The notes under the pieces: generated by a model
Databases searched by the model: none
What the model was told of the DNA's origin: nothing
The model's input: the letters and a program-made list of their open reading frames with translations, nothing else
Shown: positions 1 through 9,673 of the stretch, piece after piece
Layout of the letters: each line of letters opens with the position of its first letter
Numbering within the stretch: position 1 is the first letter of the stretch
Position numbers and translations under genes: made by a program
Origin: Candidatus Doudnabacteria bacterium
Lineage (GTDB): Bacteria > Patescibacteriota > Doudnabacteria > UBA920 > VMFF01
Reading direction: 5' to 3'
Length of the DNA: 64,000 nt
NCBI GenBank assembly: GCA_963840645.1
Contig: CAWIZL010000004.1
Span: forward strand, 267,470 to 331,469

Positions 1-1
1 G

Positions 2-253
2 CAGCTGCGAGATAGAGGCATCGTTGCTCTGGAGAAAGCAACCGAAAAGTACCTTGCGCTCATGGCTGGTGCCGGGGAACACGCTGTAATTTCCAAAGCG
101 GGGCTGTCGATCCAGGAAAGCAAAGCTTTGCTCGTGGAAATGCATGATATGCTCGCGGATGCTGGTATCATTTCAGCTCTCACAGAATTTACCAGCTGGG
201 ATGGGTTCGTGAGAATCTGCCAGCATTATCACCCGACCGCGGATGTTCAGTAG
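2..253 (+). CDS. C-terminal fragment of an unidentified protein (open to the left window edge)
   Basis: The frame of ORF 62..253 stays open back to nt 2. No motif recognised. A hairpin terminator follows. Confidence 0.35.
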   Translation, partial: QLRDRGIVALEKATEKYLALMAGAGEHAVISKAGLSIQESKALLVEMHDMLADAGIISALTEFTSWDGFVRICQHYHPTADVQ

Positions 254-254
254 A

Positions 255-299
255 AAACCTGCCGCCCAGCTCTCAATGAGCTGGGCGGTTTCACTTTAA
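255..299. terminator. Bidirectional hairpin terminator between the convergent left-edge ORF and proS
   Basis: 11-bp stem: 262-272 ccgcccagctc pairs with 278-288 gagctgggcgg, loop tcaat. Flanked by aaaacc on the left and tttcacttt on the right. Confidence 0.6.
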
Positions 300-1563
300 C
301 TATTTGTGCTTCTGCTTGCCTATTTCTGCGATGAACTGTTCTGCTGGTGCAACGTGGCTATCTTTTTCACCGCGAGCTTTTATTTCAACCCCGCCTGCTG
401 CTGCAGCTTTTTCAGAAACAACGACCCTGTACGGAATGCCTATCAAATCTGAGTCCTTAAATTTCACGCCAGCGGTTTCGTCGCGGTCATCGAGGAGCAC
501 GTCAATTCCATTCTTCTCCAGCATGTGCACAACCTGGTGCGCCTGTGCCATCACAGCTTCGCGAGCAGCGCCATCTTTGCCAGCAAGTGCAAGCACGTGC
601 ACGTTGAACGGCGCAACAGCTTCTGGCCACGCAATACCAGCGTCGTCGTGGCACAGCTCAACAATCACGCCTATGAGGCGCGAGGTGCCAATGCCGTAGC
701 AGCCCATGACCACAGGCTGCTGCGTGCCATCAGCTGCTGTGTAGTTCAAGTTGAACGGCGTTGAGTACTTTGTGCCGAGCTTGAAAATGTTCCCAACCTC
801 GCACGCTTTTGTCTCGCGCCACTTCGTGGTGCCGCAGTTTGTGCACTCTTGGCGTGGCCCACTGTACACCTCTCGGTTTCTTGCCAAGCCGCACTTCTCG
901 CAAATGAAAATGTCATCCTCGCCTGTTGGGACCTCAACTTGGTACTCGTGGGAAAACTTTGAAAATGATCCACCGCTCGCTTCCGTGAGAATTGCCTTCA
1001 GGCCAAGGCGTTGGTATACCCGTGCATACACTGTCTGCACCTGCTCGTAGTACGCGTCGAGGTCTGCCTGGTCAGCGTGGAAGCTGTACAGATCTTTCAT
1101 GCGGAACTCGCGGCCGCGCATGAGGCCAGACTTTGCACGCAGCTCGTCGCGAAACTTTGTCTGAATCTGGTACGTAGCAACCGGCAAATCGCGGTACGAT
1201 CCAATGCACTTCGCAGCTGCTGGCGTAATAATTTCTTCATGTGTCTGGCGCTAGGGCGTACTCTGTATCAAGTTGCGATTTTAGCTTGAACAGAACATCC
1301 ATTGCATCCCAACGCCCAGTTGCTTCCCAGTTTGCCTTTGGCTGCAGGCTTGGCATGAGCACCTCAGCGCCAACTGTATCCATTTCTTCGCGCACGATTT
1401 GCTCTATTTTCTGCAGCACGCGCAAGCCGAGCGGCATGAACGTGTACACACCAGCTGTGACTTTCTGAATGAACCCGGCCTGCTCAAGCAACCGCGCGTT
1501 TATGGATGGCTCGTCTTTTGGAGCTTCTTTTGAAGTTTTCGAGAATAGTTTTGACTGTAGCAT
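300..1563 (-). CDS. proS: Prolyl-tRNA synthetase (frame interrupted once)
   Basis: Fragments 1237..1584 (MLQSKLFSKTSKEAPKDE..., ProRS N-terminus) and 300..1187 (catalytic plus anticodon-binding part) are colinear. Removing one base near 1245 restores the LAPTHEE motif. ATG at 1563 is preferred over TTG at 1584. Confidence 0.9.
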
Positions 1564-1582
1564 AGTGCTGGTAGTATAAACC

Positions 1583-1605
1583 AAAATCGCCCAAAAGGCG
1601 ATTTT
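1583..1605. promoter_or_regulatory. 9-bp perfect palindrome in the divergent proS / DUF457 control region (possible operator)
   Basis: aaaatcgcc (1583-1591), then caaaa, then ggcgatttt (1597-1605). No gene ends here, so it is not a terminator. Confidence 0.25.
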
Positions 1606-1637
1606 CTGGTAAAATGTAGCTGCACCGAAAATAAAGC

Positions 1638-2077
1638 ATGAAAACCCAAGACCACCTAGCTGCCAGCCCTATCCTTTTTTTGCTCTACCCGTCCATCGGC
1701 TCGTTGGCGTACTCGTGGCAATTGCCAGCTCGCTGCTCATTGACCTAGACCACGTATTTTTATTGGTAGCCGAAAAGGCCTACACCTTCAAAAAAATCAA
1801 GCGCGTTGCTGACCACATTTACGACAAGCCTGGCGGCAGACCAAACAGAGCTTACGTTGACATACTGTACCCATTCCACACAGTTGAGTTCAACGTGGTG
1901 CTGCTCTTGCTGTCCACTGAGGTGCACTGGCTGCTCTACGTGGCAATCGGCTTTGCGTTCCACATTTGCTGCGACGCGCTCCACGACTACTACGAGAAGC
2001 TGCCCGTTTTCCACTGGCTGTTCTGGTTCAACTGGTTGGCTAGTGGTGGAAGAGGCCAACCACATCGTGCACGCTGA
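1638..2077 (+). CDS. YdjM/DUF457-like membrane-bound metal-dependent hydrolase (frame interrupted once)
   Basis: ATG at 1638 gives MKTQDHLAASPILFLLYPSIGSLAY. A frame break near 1713 joins it to ORF 1715..2077 (VAIASSLLIDLDH...). The hydrophobic segments plus conserved H/D pattern are typical of DUF457. Confidence 0.5.
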
Positions 2078-3128
2078 TCACAGCCACGAGCAGGAGCAGG
2101 AGCGCGAAGCCAATGGTGTTTGCCCACTGCTCAACGCTCTCGTTGTTGCGCTTCCCTCGAACTTTTTCTATTACTAAAAACATTACACGCCCGCCATCAA
2201 GTGCTGGGAACGGCAGAATGTTTATGATTGCCAAGTTTATGGACAGGAACGCTGCGAACTGCAAGAGGTAGGAAAATCCGAGCGCAGTTACCTGCCCTGT
2301 GAGCTGCGCAATTTTTACTGGACCGCCAACCTCGCTGAGCGCTGCCTTTGTGTGCACGAGAGCCCACAGCCCACTTGCCTCTGATGAAATTATTTGCCAC
2401 GTGAAGCTGACAGCGTCGTACGGCGCGACGTACCAGGCGTAGCGAAGCTTGCCAACTTCAGAAACCGCAATGCCAACGTAGCCATTGCCGTCAGTTGGGT
2501 TGATTCGGCTGTACGCTGGAATGGTGAGCAACTGGTTGCCTCGCTCAATGCTGAACTGGAGCGTCTGTCCTTGGTGGCTGCTCGTGAAACTGGCGATCTG
2601 GTCTACGCTCGTAATTTGCTGTCCATCAATTGCCTTGACCTGGTCACCTTCCTGCAACCCAGCTGTGGCAGCTGGCGTGTTTGGTGCAACATCAACTATT
2701 GAGATTGACTCAGCGTACATTGAAGTGTGGCTTGGCAGTGGCTGGCCTGGTGCAACTTCAGTTGGCAAGCCGACCATCAGGCAGACCACCAGCAGCAGCC
2801 ACGCTAAAATTACGTTCATGGTCACACCGGCAACCAACGTTGCCAAGCGCGGCCAAAAGCTCTTGTTGCCAAAGCTTCGCGGATTTGCAACGTCTGTTCC
2901 ATCTTCGCCCACAATGCGCACGAAGCCGCCGAGTGGAATCCAGTTCACAGAGTAGATTGTCTCGCCCCGCTTCACGCCAAAAATTCTTGGCGGGAACCCA
3001 AAGCCAAACTCGTCCACCTGCATGCCGCTCTTCTTAGCCACTATAAAGTGGCCAAACTCGTGGGCAATGACGAGCACGGCGAGCAGTACTACAAAAACAA
3101 GGATTGTTTCTACGACGAACAAGAACAT
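2040..3128 (-). CDS. rseP: RseP-type M50 site-2 zinc metalloprotease with PDZ domain
   Basis: Intact 362-aa ORF with an N-terminal HEFGH zinc motif, a central PDZ-like region and multiple TM segments. Confidence 0.85.
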   Translation of the reverse strand: MFLFVVETILVFVVLLAVLVIAHEFGHFIVAKKSGMQVDEFGFGFPPRIFGVKRGETIYSVNWIPLGGFVRIVGEDGTDVANPRSFGNKSFWPRLATLVAGVTMNVILAWLLLVVCLMVGLPTEVAPGQPLPSHTSMYAESISIVDVAPNTPAATAGLQEGDQVKAIDGQQITSVDQIASFTSSHQGQTLQFSIERGNQLLTIPAYSRINPTDGNGYVGIAVSEVGKLRYAWYVAPYDAVSFTWQIISSEASGLWALVHTKAALSEVGGPVKIAQLTGQVTALGFSYLLQFAAFLSINLAIINILPFPALDGGRVMFLVIEKVRGKRNNESVEQWANTIGFALLLLLVAVISVHDVVGLFHH

Positions 3129-3669
3129 TAAATTGTCATTATTTCTTTCTCTTTGGCTGCTGCCAAATCTTTCACCTGCGTGTTGGCAGCATCGACTGCA
3201 ACCTGCAAATCCTTTTTCTCGTTTTCGAGGTCGTCTTTTGTCAGCGCATTCTCGCTCTCTTCGCGGTGCAGCTCTTTCACCATTTCTTCGCGCGCCGTGC
3301 GGATGGCAATGCGCGCCTGCTCTGCGAGGTGGCCGGCGACCTTCACCATTTCCTTACGACGATCTTCTGTCATTGGTGGCACCGACAGCCGAATGACAAT
3401 GCCATCATTGACTGGGTTCAACCCAATGTTAGATGCAATGATTGCCTTCTCAATGGCAGCCATGTTTGACTTGTCCCACGGCTGAACGACAATTGTCTTT
3501 GCATCAGGCGTGTTGAGCGATGCAATGTGTGCAATTGGCGTGCGCGTGCCGTACACGTCAACCTGAACAGTGTCGAGCAACGCAACGCTTGCGCGGCCAG
3601 TGCGCAACGCAGAGAGTCGTGCTTTAGGTGTTCAACGCACTTATCAAATTTTGAGGGGTCAATGGGCAT
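3128..3669 (-). CDS. frr: Ribosome recycling factor (frame interrupted once)
   Basis: MPIDPSKFDKCVEHLKHD (in ORF 3418..3684) continues into ORF 3128..3607 (RTGRASVALLDTVQVDVYG...). The break is near 3610. The stop overlaps the rseP start (TAATG). Confidence 0.9.
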
Positions 3670-3767
3670 GGGGCAAGTAGTCAATAGTTAATAGATACTA
3701 GACCTGTAGAGATAATTTTTCTTTTGATTAGTAGAGATTGCACAATTTAGCTACTAACTATTAACTA
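3670..3767. repeat. Stop-rich inverted-repeat junction element, copy A (frr | BNR gene)
   Basis: Left arm 3676-3694 agtagtcaatagttaatag. Right arm ctactaactattaactag overlaps the upstream gene's stop at 3765. The core resembles copies B and C. Confidence 0.7.
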
Positions 3768-4900
3768 GTAACTATTTATCTGCGAGGCAACAGATAGGCC
3801 GACGTACGTGATCTGCGGCAGCGTGGGGTCAATTGCAATTGCGCCAACCTGGTTGACGCCAGCTGGCAGCACCTGGGTTTGCCACGTTGTGCCTGCGTTC
3901 GTGGTCTTGTACATTGTCCCGCCAATGCTCGTGTATGCTACCATGCCGCTGTCTGTGCTCGCAACCACCCGCGAGAACACGTTCCCAGAGTTGCTGGTTG
4001 GCAACGTGACGTACATCCACTGGCTGCCATTGCTGACAGTTTTGTACAGACCGCTCGCAGTGGCAAGGTACATGTCGCCAGCTTGGGTCTGGTCTAGGGC
4101 GAAGCTGTAGAACAGGCTCACTGGCTGTGCTGACAGGCTCGTTGAACTAAAGTTGAGCGAACTTGCGGTGAGCTGGTTGACCAGCGAGCTTCCACGTCTT
4201 GCCGCTGTTGGTGCTCACCAGCAAGCCTTTGCGCTGAAGCAAAAGGTAGAGGTTGCTGTTGAGGCTGCTCATGCGAATGCCGAGGGCAACATCGCCAGTG
4301 TTCTGGGCTACTGTTGCCCACGTTACTCCGCCATCGTTGCTGGTGATCACAGTGCCCTCAGCCAGGGATGCAAACATTTGCATTGGATTTGCTGGGTTTG
4401 CGGTTACCCCTGTGACCTGGCTGTCTGGGCTCGCATCGTTGTAGGTCTGCGTCCAGGTCGCGCCGCTGTCTGTGCTCACCACAATTTTGCCGTGGGCGCC
4501 GTAGTCTCCAGCAGCAACAATTGCCGCTGGGTTTGACGGGTTCAGGTACAGGTCTTGCACGCTGAAGTTTACGAGGATGTTCTTCCACGTTGCTGCGCTG
4601 TCAGTTGAAACCCACAGGCCACCTGGGCCACCAGCGTAAACGGTGGTGTTGCTCGAAGGTGAGATTTGGAGCGCATTGATTTCTGCGCCCGCAATGCTCG
4701 ACGTTGAGCTCCACCTCGTCTGCTGGCTGCCACGTTGCGCCACCGTCAACTGTCTTGGCAATGCCGAACGTGCCAGAGACGCCCAGGCCGAACGGCGCGA
4801 GCGCGCTGCACCCTGCTGCAATGAGCGGGAAGGCGGCCACCACACAAACTTTCTTCGCAATGCTTTTTATTTTCGGATTCATTTTAAATTTCTTAGACAA
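3765..4900 (-). CDS. BNR/Asp-box repeat (sialidase or Ycf48-like beta-propeller) lipoprotein (frame interrupted twice)
   Basis: Fragments 4601..4900 (signal peptide with LIAAGCS lipobox), 4147..4860 and 3765..4121 are colinear. Six SxDxGxTW-type Asp boxes are present (STDSAATW, STDSGATW, SNDGGVTW, STNSGKTW, TTNAGTTW, TVDGGATW). Confidence 0.7.
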
Positions 4901-5712
4901 TGTTCATGAAAATTTTCTCGAGGGAGAGCTTCTTGTTTGCGTTCTGGGCTAGCTGCTCTAGTCCGCCGAGCAGCAGCTGCACGTTCTTGTACGCTGCTGG
5001 CCTGCCGTGCACCATTGATGCGTGCTCGAGGCTGAGCCAACGCTGGTAGGCTGCTGCGAGTTCGTCTGTTTCTAGCTCCGCAAATTTTTTCACCGCTATG
5101 ATTCTGGCTGGGAGCTGCTCAGACTTCAGACTTGTGAAAGCTGCCGCGTCTTCGCTTACCGATGCGCTCAATTTTTTATCAGCTCTCAGGTCAAACAGCT
5201 CGCCAATTTTTCCATCTACTGAATTGGCACCTGCCATGTCTGCCTCTGCAACGCGTCCAAAGTTCACCACTTGGCAGCGCGACACAATGGTTGGCAGCAG
5301 CGCCTTGCTGTTTGCGCAGATGAGAATGAGCACCACGCTCGGGTTTGGCTCTTCTAAATTTTTCAAAATGCTGTTTGCGGCTTCTGTGCTGACTGCATCA
5401 AAGTTATCTACGATAGCCACAATGTGTGAGGCTGCGTAGGGCCGCATGGAAAGCTTCTGCGCGAGCTCCGCATTGACGCAATAGACGTGTGCTCAAGTTG
5501 CGTATTGTACACGAGCAGGTCAGGATTTTTTGCTGGGTCAGCGCTCGCAGTCCCACCGTTCATTCCAAAAATTTTTCCAGCAAACTCGAGCGCCAATGTG
5601 CGCTTCCCCACTTTGCTTCAGCCGAAAAAAGGTACGCGTGCGAAATGGCATCGCGCTCAAGCGCGTGCTCTAAATACTGCTTCTGTCGGCTATGGCCGAT
5701 TGTGTGCCACAT
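4893..5712 (-). CDS. holB: DNA polymerase III delta-prime subunit (frame interrupted twice)
   Basis: The gene is in three pieces. ATG at 5712 gives MWHTIGHSRQKQYLEHALERDAISHAYLFSAEAKWG. ORF 5408..5611 follows (GKRTLALEFAGKIFG). ORF 4893..5447 is last (NLEEPNPSVVLILICAN...TIVSRCQ). The first break is at C-run 5606-5609. Confidence 0.75.
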
Positions 5713-5738
5713 GGGTACAGTATACCACAGGCAAACAG

Positions 5739-6743
5739 CTACCTCGCTGATAGTATGCTCTTCTTGTAGCTATCTAAATTTTCCAGTGCAATCCCAGTTC
5801 CCTTTGCGACACACAGGATTGCCTCTTCTGCCACGTAGGCTGGCACACCAATTGCCTGGGACACCATTTTGTCTAAGTTGCGCAGCAGCGCGCTGCCGCC
5901 AGTTAAAATCATGCCCTTGTCTATGATGTCTGAGGCGGCTCTGGAGGTGTCTTGCAAAACAGTGCGCACTGCGCGGACAATGTCGCGCAGCTCGTCTTGA
6001 ATTGCCTCAACAACGTCGTTGGTTGAAATGGTGACAGTTCGCGGCAAACCCTGGATCATGTCGCGTCCTTTTATTTCCATAGACTCTTCTTCGCTCACGC
6101 GAATGGCCGAGCCAATGGTAATTTTGATTTCCTCAGCTGTGCGGTCGCCAATTGCCAAGCCGTACTTGCGGCGGATGTAGTCTGCGATTGCCTGGTCAAT
6201 CTTGTTGCCGGCAACGCGCATTGACGTTGAAGTGACAATGCCGCCGAGCGATAGCACTGCAACGTCTGTTGTGCCGCCACCAATATCTATGATGAGGTTG
6301 CCAGATGCAGAGCCAATAGGAATGCCAGCGCCAATTGCAGCTGCAACTGTTTCCTTAATGACGTACGCAGCTTTTGCGCCAGCAGCTGTTGCCGCGTCAA
6401 CCACTGCGCGTCGCTCTGTGCTGGTGATGCCGCCTGGCACTGAGATCATGACCTCTGGCCTGAAGAAGCGTACGTTGCCGAGCGCTTTATTCATGAAGTA
6501 GCGCAGCATTGCCTCAATGACGCGGTAGTCTGCGATGACGCCGTCTTTCATTGGACGCGATGCGACAATTGTCTCTGGTGTGCGACCGAGCATGTCTTTA
6601 GCTTCTTGGCCAACTGCGAGCACGCGGTTGTCTTCTATTGAAATTGCGACCACTGTTGGCTCGTTGATGACAATCCCCTTCTTTGGGATGAAGACGAGCG
6701 TGTTTGCAGTGCCGAGGTCTATGCCGATTTTAGTTTGGAACAT
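5739..6743 (-). CDS. mreB: Rod-shape-determining actin homologue MreB
   Basis: Intact 334-aa ORF. IGIDLGTANTLV phosphate-1 motif and full-length MreB-like sequence. Confidence 0.95.
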   Translation of the reverse strand: MFQTKIGIDLGTANTLVFIPKKGIVINEPTVVAISIEDNRVLAVGQEAKDMLGRTPETIVASRPMKDGVIADYRVIEAMLRYFMNKALGNVRFFRPEVMISVPGGITSTERRAVVDAATAAGAKAAYVIKETVAAAIGAGIPIGSASGNLIIDIGGGTTDVAVLSLGGIVTSTSMRVAGNKIDQAIADYIRRKYGLAIGDRTAEEIKITIGSAIRVSEEESMEIKGRDMIQGLPRTVTISTNDVVEAIQDELRDIVRAVRTVLQDTSRAASDIIDKGMILTGGSALLRNLDKMVSQAIGVPAYVAEEAILCVAKGTGIALENLDSYKKSILSAR

Positions 6744-6745
6744 TG

Positions 6746-7306
6746 TTAAATTTTTTCTAAAATCAGATGAAATAAATGCCAGTTCTTCAAGTCTCCGCTA
6801 GCAAGCTTCTTCCGAATTTTTTCTTCCTTAAATTCCACTTTTTTAAATCCCTCGATTAGATCTTCAACTTCTGCACTGTTCAAGAAAGTCATATTTTGCT
6901 TATTCCATTCATCATCTACACCAAAAAATTGTCCTACAAATATACCCCCCGGCTTCAACGCTTCAACAATTTTTGGCCAGACTTCGAAAAAGTTTTTTTT
7001 GGGCATAAAAGGAAGAGAGTACTGTGCATTGATCAAGTCAAACTTACTTTTTGGAAATTTAAAACTCTCAAACGATTCGGAGTAAAATACAAACTTACCT
7101 GCTATGTCTATGCAAAATTCTTTAGCAGGTTTTTCTTTATCTAGTGCGGCGACCTCTTTAAAATGATCGATCAAATATCTGGTATCTCTAAAAGCTCCAC
7201 TACCTAAGTCTAAAACATCCCCCTTTGATTTAACCAGATTTAAAGCTCTGATTAAAGATGGAGACGGAGGGAGACTTTTTGTTGTACTGTAGTAGCTGTC
7301 CCACAT
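6746..7306 (-). CDS. Class I SAM-dependent methyltransferase in a low-GC segment
   Basis: Intact 186-aa ORF with VLDLGSGAF (motif I) and LKPGGIFV (post-II). A hand-counted 100-nt sample (6781-6880) is 37% GC, against 52% in adjacent mreB. Confidence 0.75.
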   Translation of the reverse strand: MWDSYYSTTKSLPPSPSLIRALNLVKSKGDVLDLGSGAFRDTRYLIDHFKEVAALDKEKPAKEFCIDIAGKFVFYSESFESFKFPKSKFDLINAQYSLPFMPKKNFFEVWPKIVEALKPGGIFVGQFFGVDDEWNKQNMTFLNSAEVEDLIEGFKKVEFKEEKIRKKLASGDLKNWHLFHLILEKI

Positions 7307-7340
7307 AAAATTTAAGAGGGGTTAAACGTTCTAACCCCTC
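7307..7340 (-). terminator. Rho-independent terminator after the GRDP-like gene
   Basis: 9-bp stem: 7316-7324 gaggggtta pairs with 7332-7340 taacccctc, loop 7 nt. On the minus strand it is followed by ttaaatttt. Confidence 0.5.
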
Positions 7341-7370
7341 ATAGTTAACGAATTCTGCAAACGACTCCGA

Positions 7371-7850
7371 TCAGTGGTTCTGCTGAATACTGGGAGGCTC
7401 GCAGCCACCCGTGTCGCAGCCACCGTTGTTACAAATGGAATGGCTGAGCCAATCGTTCTTCGGCTGTTGGCCGAACATTTCCTGATAGAGAAAAAGTGTG
7501 TTCAGCCAGTTGTCGTTCGCCAAACCGCTGTCCGCCATGACGCGGGTGTGCGGCCGATGATGCAAGAAGAAGCCGAGGTAATCTTCGCAGTCTTGCGCAT
7601 ACCGCTCAGTGTTGAGAATGTGGCGATGCCAGATTGCATCCACGTCATGCCCAGGAACAATGGGAACGCCGGGATGAGCCTTGCAAAGCACCAGAAACCT
7701 CTTGTATTCGTCGACCGCTTCGTCAAAACGTACCGAAGACCAGCCGATAAATTCTGGCTTACGAACTAGTTGATCGGCCACATAAGACAAGTCAAATGTG
7801 GGAAAGGAAATACCGCATTGGCGTATAGCCGCCACCATTACCGAAGCCAT
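7371..7850 (-). CDS. Glycine-rich-domain-containing-protein-like (DUF1399-type) protein with Cys/Gly-rich tail
   Basis: Intact 159-aa ORF. DVDAIWHRHILNTERY matches the conserved IWHxH core of the family. The C-terminus is CNNGGCDTGGCEPP. Confidence 0.55.
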   Translation of the reverse strand: MASVMVAAIRQCGISFPTFDLSYVADQLVRKPEFIGWSSVRFDEAVDEYKRFLVLCKAHPGVPIVPGHDVDAIWHRHILNTERYAQDCEDYLGFFLHHRPHTRVMADSGLANDNWLNTLFLYQEMFGQQPKNDWLSHSICNNGGCDTGGCEPPSIQQNH

Positions 7851-7906
7851 TATATTGCCCCTCTATTCGAATTGGGTTTCTTTCCCGAAACCGGAAAGCT
7901 GTCACC

Positions 7907-7935
7907 AATATACAGCTCTATTTGTTAAATGTCAA
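7907..7935 (-). promoter_or_regulatory. Sigma70-type promoter for the GRDP-like gene
   Basis: Minus strand: TTGACA (7935-7930), 17-nt spacer, TATATT (7912-7907). About 55 nt upstream of the ATG at 7850. AGAGGGG lies before the start. Confidence 0.5.
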
Positions 7936-7955
7936 GATAATACTTGGCAAGCATT

Positions 7956-8349
7956 TTATAAATAAAAACTCTCCAGCTTCTCAAAAGTTGCTGCTCGCTC
8001 CACATCGCCAACTTCGTGCGCTTGGTTCACGGACTTGTCTTCCCAGCGCGGATCTACATGAAAGTGCATATGAAAAACTTCTTGGCCAGCAGCTGGCTCA
8101 TTGGCCTGGGCAATGTGAATACCGTCACAGCCCAAACCTTTCTTCACGGCATTTGAGGTTCTGATGAAGCTCAGCCATGATCTTGCTACCAGTTTCAGCA
8201 TCGAGCGTGTAAATATCTTTAATGTGCTTCTTTGGCACAACCAACGGATGGTTTTCCAAAGACATAAATACAATGACGTCCTCGTCCTCGCTCAAAATGT
8301 CCGCTGGTATTTCGTGGTTTATTATTTTGCAAAAAATGCAACCGTTCAT
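7956..8349 (-). CDS. HIT-family nucleotide hydrolase (frame interrupted once)
   Basis: ORF 8125..8349 (MNGCIFCKII...) and ORF 7956..8273 (histidine triad HMHFHV) are colinear. The break is near 8150. Confidence 0.85.
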
Positions 8350-8368
8350 AAATTTTTATATAACTTAG

Positions 8369-9651
8369 CTACTCTTCACCCCGCACAATATCTGCTCCGG
8401 CTGCCTTCAGAATCCCCAAGATGTTTTCGTACTTTCGCTCAACGTGCTCAACGTCGTGGAGCACGCTCTTGCCATCCGCAATGAGCGCTGCAATGATCAT
8501 GACCATGCCGCTGCGAACGTCGAGAGCTCACGTTCGTGCCGTGGAGCGGCGTGGTGCCGGTAATTTCTGCGCGGTGTTGGTCAACAATGTGGCAGTTTGC
8601 GCCCATCTTGGCTAGCTCGTGAATGTAGCCCAGGCGACCCTCGTACATCCACTCGTGCACAGAGAGCTCGTGCCCTCAGCCTGCGTAGCCAGGACTGCGA
8701 ACGGCGGAATGTAGTCAGACATTAAACCTGGGTAAATGTTTGTCTTAATTTTTGCTGCGCGGTACTTGGCCACTGGTTTCTTCACCAAGATTCCGCTTGG
8801 CTGTACCTCAAAGTTCACGCCCATGTCCTTCCACTGGATAGACGCCGCGTACATGAACTGCGGCTGCGCGTGCTCTACAAAAGCTCGCAGCGGGATGCTG
8901 CTGCCAAGTTTGCAAAGCTGGCTGTGACCTCGTTATCGTAAATGACAGCGTGCTCTGCGCCGTGCAGGCTAGCAATGGGCACGCCGTGAATAACCAAGTC
9001 ATGCTGTCCGACATTCTCTATGCGACAGCCAAGTGCGTTTAAAAAGTTGCACAGGTCTTGCACGTGCGGCTCTGTTGCCGCAAGGTGGATGACCGTACTG
9101 CCAGCAGCGCACACAGCTGCCATGATGGCGTTCTCTGTGCCCGTCACGCTCATCTCGTTCAGAATAATTTCAGCGCCAACCAGGCCACCGCGCGGTGCAG
9201 AAATTTCTAGCACCTCTCCCTCCTGTGCCGTTGCGCCAAGTGCAACCATTGCCGCAACGTGCGTATCAATTGGCCGCTTGCCAATGAGGTCTCCGCCTGG
9301 AAACGGCAGCTCAACAGTGCCGAAGCGCGAGAGCAGCGGGCCAATGAGCAGGACAGACCCACGGAACTTTTTGACCAGCAGCGGATTTGGCACTGATGAA
9401 TTCACGCCGCTGCCGTCAATGCTCAAGGTGTGGCTCGCTGCATTGTAGGAAACTTTTGCGCCAAGGTCTGCAACAATTGCCAAGAGGTTGTGGACGTCTG
9501 TGATGTCAGGCACGTTGGAAATGACGCACGGTTTGCCTGCCAGCAAGGAGGCGCAGATAATTGGCAGCGAAGCGTTCACAGATCCAGAAACCCAGAGCCG
9601 GCCAGACAGAGGCTTGCCTCCCTGAATTGTGTAGGTGGACATATAGACCAA
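8369..9651 (-). CDS. murA: UDP-N-acetylglucosamine 1-carboxyvinyltransferase (frame interrupted at least 3 times)
   Basis: The colinear pieces are ORF 8875..9651 (N-terminal 258 aa), 8612..8854, 8448..8660, and a tail ...GILKAAGADIVRGEE ending with a stop at 8369. Confidence 0.9.
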
Positions 9652-9673
9652 TTATACAGTACAATGGGGCTGT

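Noticed and set aside
1237-1239. An alternative genetic code (TGA read as Gly or Trp) as the explanation for the internal stops
   Set aside because: Reading through the TGA at the proS break does not restore the LAPTHEE motif. Only a frame change does. TGA also ends recJ, the GRDP-like gene and others exactly at operon-consistent boundaries (an ATGA overlap with rnhA).
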